From the UHGV virus genome UHGV-1363177: 58,819 nucleotides of DNA; one strand, given 5' to 3'. Below, one piece after another: positions 55,730 through 58,819 of this stretch. A program made the translations under genes and the position numbers. How positions within the stretch are numbered: the first letter of the stretch is position 1; each line of letters opens with the position of its first letter. The notes below the pieces were generated by a model that had not been told where the DNA came from, searched no databases, and saw only the letters and a list, made by a program, of their open reading frames with translations. This DNA is from a virus.

Positions 55730-56425
55730 CTAGGCGGCACGCTTCTCAACCTTAGCCAGCGTATTCAGGATGGCCTGAATCAGCAAATCCAGCGTGCTGT
55801 CCCCCGGCACTTCGTACTGGGACAGCATGTGGAAAATCTGCTTCATCTTCGGGGACAGCACCACAGCTTGCGGATTTTCCGGGCGTTCCTTCACCAGCGT
55901 AGCGGGCACGGCGTCCTTAATGTCAAGGCCAGCATTCTCCGCGTCCTTCTGGAGCTTGCTGAACTTCTTCTTCAGATCGTCCAAGGTCATCGCAGGCTTT
56001 TCCTTCTTTTCCTTTTCGACCTTGGTTTCAGCATCCCAGCGCACACCAGCCATGTAGCCACGGCCAGCAGCCACCAGATATTCCGCGAACTCCACAGGCA
56101 GGGGGCCACCGTTTTCAGGCTTAGTAGTAGCGTGGTTCAGCTTCTTGAGAATGCCCAGGGCCTTGCTCTGGGCGTACCTCAGCTTACCTCCATCATAAGT
56201 AAACGGCACCGACTGACTGGACATGTACGTCCCAGCAACCTTCCGCATGGCACCGTCAAGGATGTCCAAGACCTTGTTCAAGGCCGTGGCGTTGGCGTTG
56301 GCGATGCCGAACTCCATCCCAGCCGTCAAGAGTTCCTGCACAGCGTTGACGAACTCGGACTTGGTGCGAGCCAGCACTACCAGCTTGGACTCAAAGTCCT
56401 GCTCGGACATGGTAAAGTTAATCAT
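55730..56425 (-). CDS. Hypothetical early protein (231 aa), first gene of the leftward early operon
   Basis: SD GGAGGA 7 nt before the ATG; GC-rich codon usage. Confidence 0.6.
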   Translation of the reverse strand: MINFTMSEQDFESKLVVLARTKSEFVNAVQELLTAGMEFGIANANATALNKVLDILDGAMRKVAGTYMSSQSVPFTYDGGKLRYAQSKALGILKKLNHATTKPENGGPLPVEFAEYLVAAGRGYMAGVRWDAETKVEKEKKEKPAMTLDDLKKKFSKLQKDAENAGLDIKDAVPATLVKERPENPQAVVLSPKMKQIFHMLSQYEVPGDSTLDLLIQAILNTLAKVEKRAA

Positions 56426-56502
56426 ACGTCATTCCTCCGTGTGACATTGTTGATAAAAGACCTACCTTACAAGTGTTCTAAAGAGCGATTGTCTTTAGTC
56501 CA

Positions 56503-56541
56503 ACAAAAAAGGCCACGAACCTTTTTACAGTTCGTGGCCTC
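56503..56541 (-). terminator. Rho-independent terminator (GGCCACGAAC...GTTCGTGGCC, T6 run on the minus strand)
   Basis: 10-bp stem flanked by A6 on the plus strand (U6 on the minus strand); insulates the early operon from upstream transcription. Confidence 0.7.
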
Positions 56542-57607
56542 AATGTTGTACCAAACGGCACATGTTCCAAAGTATTCAGTCGTTCGCCTTTAGCTCCAGC
56601 CTAGCCGTTACGTTTCCTCGCGACTACCTTGACCATAGCAAAGGCTATATTTTCATCGGAAGAGCCTTTATTCCACTACGTCACCTCGTGGCCTGATTCG
56701 CTTCACTTGTTTTGTACCGGCAAGCCTTTGGAAAACTTGCGCCAAGTGTCAGGGGTATCGCCCTTCCGGCAGTATATACTTTGGACGCTTGTCCTTTTCC
56801 GTCTTTATTGGAGTTACCTTGCGCGTAATTACACAAGGTAAGACCTCACAGCACACGCACACAAGCCACAAGGGCTGGGCAGGCTGCGGAAAGCATACTC
56901 ATATCGTCTTTGCCCGCTTTTCTCTACGGGGGCGTGCTGTTCACACATCAGTACACGCTTGTCCATCAACGCGTAGGGAATGCCCTACTTGGCTTTGAAT
57001 GGGGAGCCTTGCCCCGTTGGATTGACCTTGCCAGCTTTCCGCTAGATTGTCAATTCTTTTTTTCAAAGTTCCGAAAAATTTTTCGGCCCTTTGAAAGCGC
57101 CTTGTGAGGGAAGACCCTCACTAGGCAGATTCAGACTAGGGCATTTTGCTGTACCTTGTCAATCTTTTTTTGAGATTTGACAAACAGGCTTGGCACTATG
57201 CCTGCCCTCTCGTGAGGGCTGCTAGCAGGCTTTCAGGGAATGCCCCGAACGCAAGCCCAGACTGCCGGAATGCTGGCATGATGTCAATGACTTTTCCGAA
57301 AAATTTTTATATTTTTATCTTCAATAATTTCAGGTACTTATGCATATGCCTAGAATCTTTTTTAAAAGTTCAATGATTCCAGCTAGTTACGCTTTCCCTG
57401 TCGTGCTTATATGTAACGCGTGCGCGCATACATGTGCGGGCATATGAGTGAAAATGTGCTACATGCCTCAAAATGAGCCACAAAGGGCCTTAGAATCGCT
57501 GAAAGGGCTTTTTCCATATCATTGCCTAGCTTTTCCCTTTTCGTGGCTTATAAGCCCCATTCTGTCCCATTTTGGAGCATGTGGGGCTTTTCATAGGCAA
57601 CAAAAAA
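56542..57607. promoter_or_regulatory. About 1.07-kb ORF-poor regulatory/origin-like region with palindromes and iterated motifs
   Basis: Contains the CCGAAAAATTTTTCGG palindrome (57071-57086) and TTGTCAAT(T/C)CTTTTTTT repeated at about 57040 and 57160, the second embedded in an inverted repeat. Also GGGAATGCCC repeats, ACGCGTGCGCGCATACATGTGCGGGCATATG, and multiple short hairpins. Only spurious ORFs of 76 aa or less. Confidence 0.5.
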
Positions 57608-57645
57608 GCCCCCTTGCGATTGCTCACGAGGGGGCTTTGTTTTGC
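57608..57645. terminator. Bidirectional rho-independent terminator (GCCCCCTTGCG...CGAGGGGGC with T-tracts on both strands)
   Basis: Stem flanked by A6 upstream and TTTGTTTT downstream on the plus strand; 12 nt from the stop of 57658..58317. Confidence 0.75.
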
Positions 57646-57657
57646 TAACTGCTTGTT

Positions 57658-58317
57658 TTAGCTAGCTTTTTTGCGGATGATGATGGTAACTTCCTGATTT
57701 TCCTCTACTTTCTGGGCTTCGGACTGCATCTTGCTTGTGAGAGCATTGCATTTTTTCTGCAAAATGAAGGCTTTACTCTCGTTTCTATTGCGTTCCGCCC
57801 TGCGCTTGCTGCGCTTTAAGGTAGCCAATTCTTCGGAATCATTATTCTTTTGAGGAGCAAGGCGCGTCCCCAGTCTATCCTTTGCCATATTTTTCTTGGC
57901 CCTGCTCCCAAGATGCACAACCTGACGTTGTTCTTTGGGGGCTTTATCATACAGGATTCTCGCACCTGTGACTGTATCAATGCGCTTTGTCATCTTTTTA
58001 ATGCGCTTTTTTGCAGTTTCTTCGGCGTGAAGTAATTGCGTAATGCCCTCAAGTTCCTTTGTTTCAACAATCAGCGCGGCAACGTAACGCTTTATTACGT
58101 CATCTGCGAGACTCTTATATTGCTTACCAGAAAGCCCCGGAACCTGCCCTTTATAGAGTTCCATCAATCTTTTGCGGTCATCTGTCCGCAAGGTGCAAGG
58201 ATAAATGCGGTTCACATCTATCAAACTCGCGTCCAGTACGATGTTATTGCTTACTGCTTTGGCGCGTTCAATAGTGCTAAACATAGCCTTCACGCGGGAG
58301 ACATCATAGTCAGTCAT
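57658..58317 (-). CDS. Hypothetical basic coiled-coil protein (219 aa), possible DNA-binding regulator; codon usage differs from the rest (GCG/CGC-rich)
   Basis: Long ORF with a terminator directly downstream; K/R-rich. Confidence 0.55.
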   Translation of the reverse strand: MTDYDVSRVKAMFSTIERAKAVSNNIVLDASLIDVNRIYPCTLRTDDRKRLMELYKGQVPGLSGKQYKSLADDVIKRYVAALIVETKELEGITQLLHAEETAKKRIKKMTKRIDTVTGARILYDKAPKEQRQVVHLGSRAKKNMAKDRLGTRLAPQKNNDSEELATLKRSKRRAERNRNESKAFILQKKCNALTSKMQSEAQKVEENQEVTIIIRKKAS

Positions 58318-58429
58318 CGTCTGTACCTCTCTACAGTTGTCAAAGTTACATTGTTTTTGACTATACTATCCTTTGCCGATTGCGCCCACAAAAGACATCT
58401 TCATGGGCGCTACGGTAAAAGATAAAGAC

Positions 58430-58597
58430 TTAATCTACCATTTTCATAATAGCGTCAAAGTAGTAGCCACGTTTGCTGCATATTTCATCGATACGCTTGT
58501 TAAGTTCATCATTCCAGCAATAAAAGGTGACAGTTGTTTTAGCATTGTTTGCAATTATAGTCACAAGCATTTCGTAGCGGTCAAAAGTGCGTTCCAT
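58430..58597 (-). CDS. Small hypothetical protein (55 aa), not in the supplied ORF list
   Basis: ATG with SD AAGGA upstream; preferred over the overlapping plus-strand 90-aa ORF, which lacks an SD. Confidence 0.35.
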   Translation of the reverse strand: MERTFDRYEMLVTIIANNAKTTVTFYCWNDELNKRIDEICSKRGYYFDAIMKMVD

Positions 58598-58682
58598 TGT
58601 CAGTTCCTTGGGTTTAAGAGTTACTATCTAATAGCCATTGCCTGATATGGATTAGACTACTTTTTTCTTCCGTTGGCAAGCC

Positions 58683-58735
58683 CCTTTTTGAAAAATTTTT
58701 CTTCAATTATTTCAAGTACTTGTGAATGACTGTTA
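58683..58735. promoter_or_regulatory. Repeat of the GAAAAATTTTT...TCTTCAAT(T/A)ATTTCA(A/G)GTACTT box also present at 57296-57345
   Basis: 35-nt near-identical motif in two intergenic positions about 1.4 kb apart. Confidence 0.45.
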
Positions 58736-58819
58736 TTTGTGAGTTGCATAACTGTTATTTGTGTAACTCATTGGTATCATTGCGCTTTGCAATTAAATGA
58801 TAAAAGTTTTTATCGTGGC

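Noticed and set aside
58373-58645. Plus-strand 90-aa ORF at the right end
   Set aside because: It has no Shine-Dalgarno and an odd composition. The overlapping minus-strand 55-aa ORF (58430..58597) has an AAGGA SD and fits the local minus-strand gene orientation, so the plus ORF is treated as spurious.
1-58819. Integrated prophage with att sites or an integrase
   Set aside because: No integrase or recombinase motif (R...HxxR...Y or the serine-recombinase N-terminus) was found, and no tRNA target. The ends carry terminus/ori-like repeats instead. The different codon dialect at 56.4-58.8 kb is noted as a finding but is not sufficient to call a host junction.

Overview
This window reads as most of a tailed dsDNA phage genome: a T7-like replisome grafted onto a different virion-module order. 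The bulk is AT-rich (about 42% GC), but many genes carry Shine-Dalgarno sites and the most highly expressed genes use E. coli-like codons, which points to a Gram-negative, probably enterobacterial host. Everything here rests on motif recognition from the translated ORFs and on visual inspection of the DNA; no homology searches were run.

**Coordinates 1-750** are non-coding and look like a genome terminus or origin. They contain direct 16-mer repeats, perfect palindromes, a G-rich block, an AT microsatellite and a GC hairpin.

**Coordinates 1.8-30.8 kb** form a rightward late operon:
- terminase large subunit (TTG start, Walker A) and a possible small subunit
- portal with a poly-Q tail, scaffold, and an HK97-fold major capsid protein
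- virion proteins, then four paralogous tail fibres that share an N-terminal domain (one with lambda-Stf-like 'ATPKAVKTAYDKAV' repeats, two with HxH-rich C-termini), plus a Tfa-type tail-fibre assembly chaperone
- Gly-rich and RGG internal virion proteins, a giant 2223-aa internal protein, and a membrane (holin-like) protein

**Coordinates 56.4 to 31.2 kb** are a leftward early/middle arm that converges on the late operon at a terminator zone (30.8-31.25 kb):
- a GC-rich block of small early proteins (48.4-56.4 kb), including acidic and membrane proteins
- a zinc-ribbon protein, a T7-type primase, a five-gene GC-rich islet, a DnaB-like helicase and a family-A DNA polymerase
- an SSB-like protein, a PD-(D/E)xK exonuclease, a GH108 endolysin, ThyX, and a very clear T7 endonuclease I homologue

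No phage RNA polymerase, integrase, reverse transcriptase, tRNA or CRISPR array was recognised.

The structure that the ORFs do not explain:
- two families of repeated hairpin elements with compensatory stem substitutions (595-660 versus 43921-43985; 55440-55507 versus 55666-55729)
- three ORF-free gaps inside tightly packed operons (31.9-32.55 kb, 50.15-50.88 kb, 56.54-57.6 kb), the last bounded by bidirectional terminators and full of palindromes and repeated 'GAAAAATTTTT' boxes
- a marked codon/GC dichotomy between blocks, with the right-most 2.4 kb using yet another codon dialect
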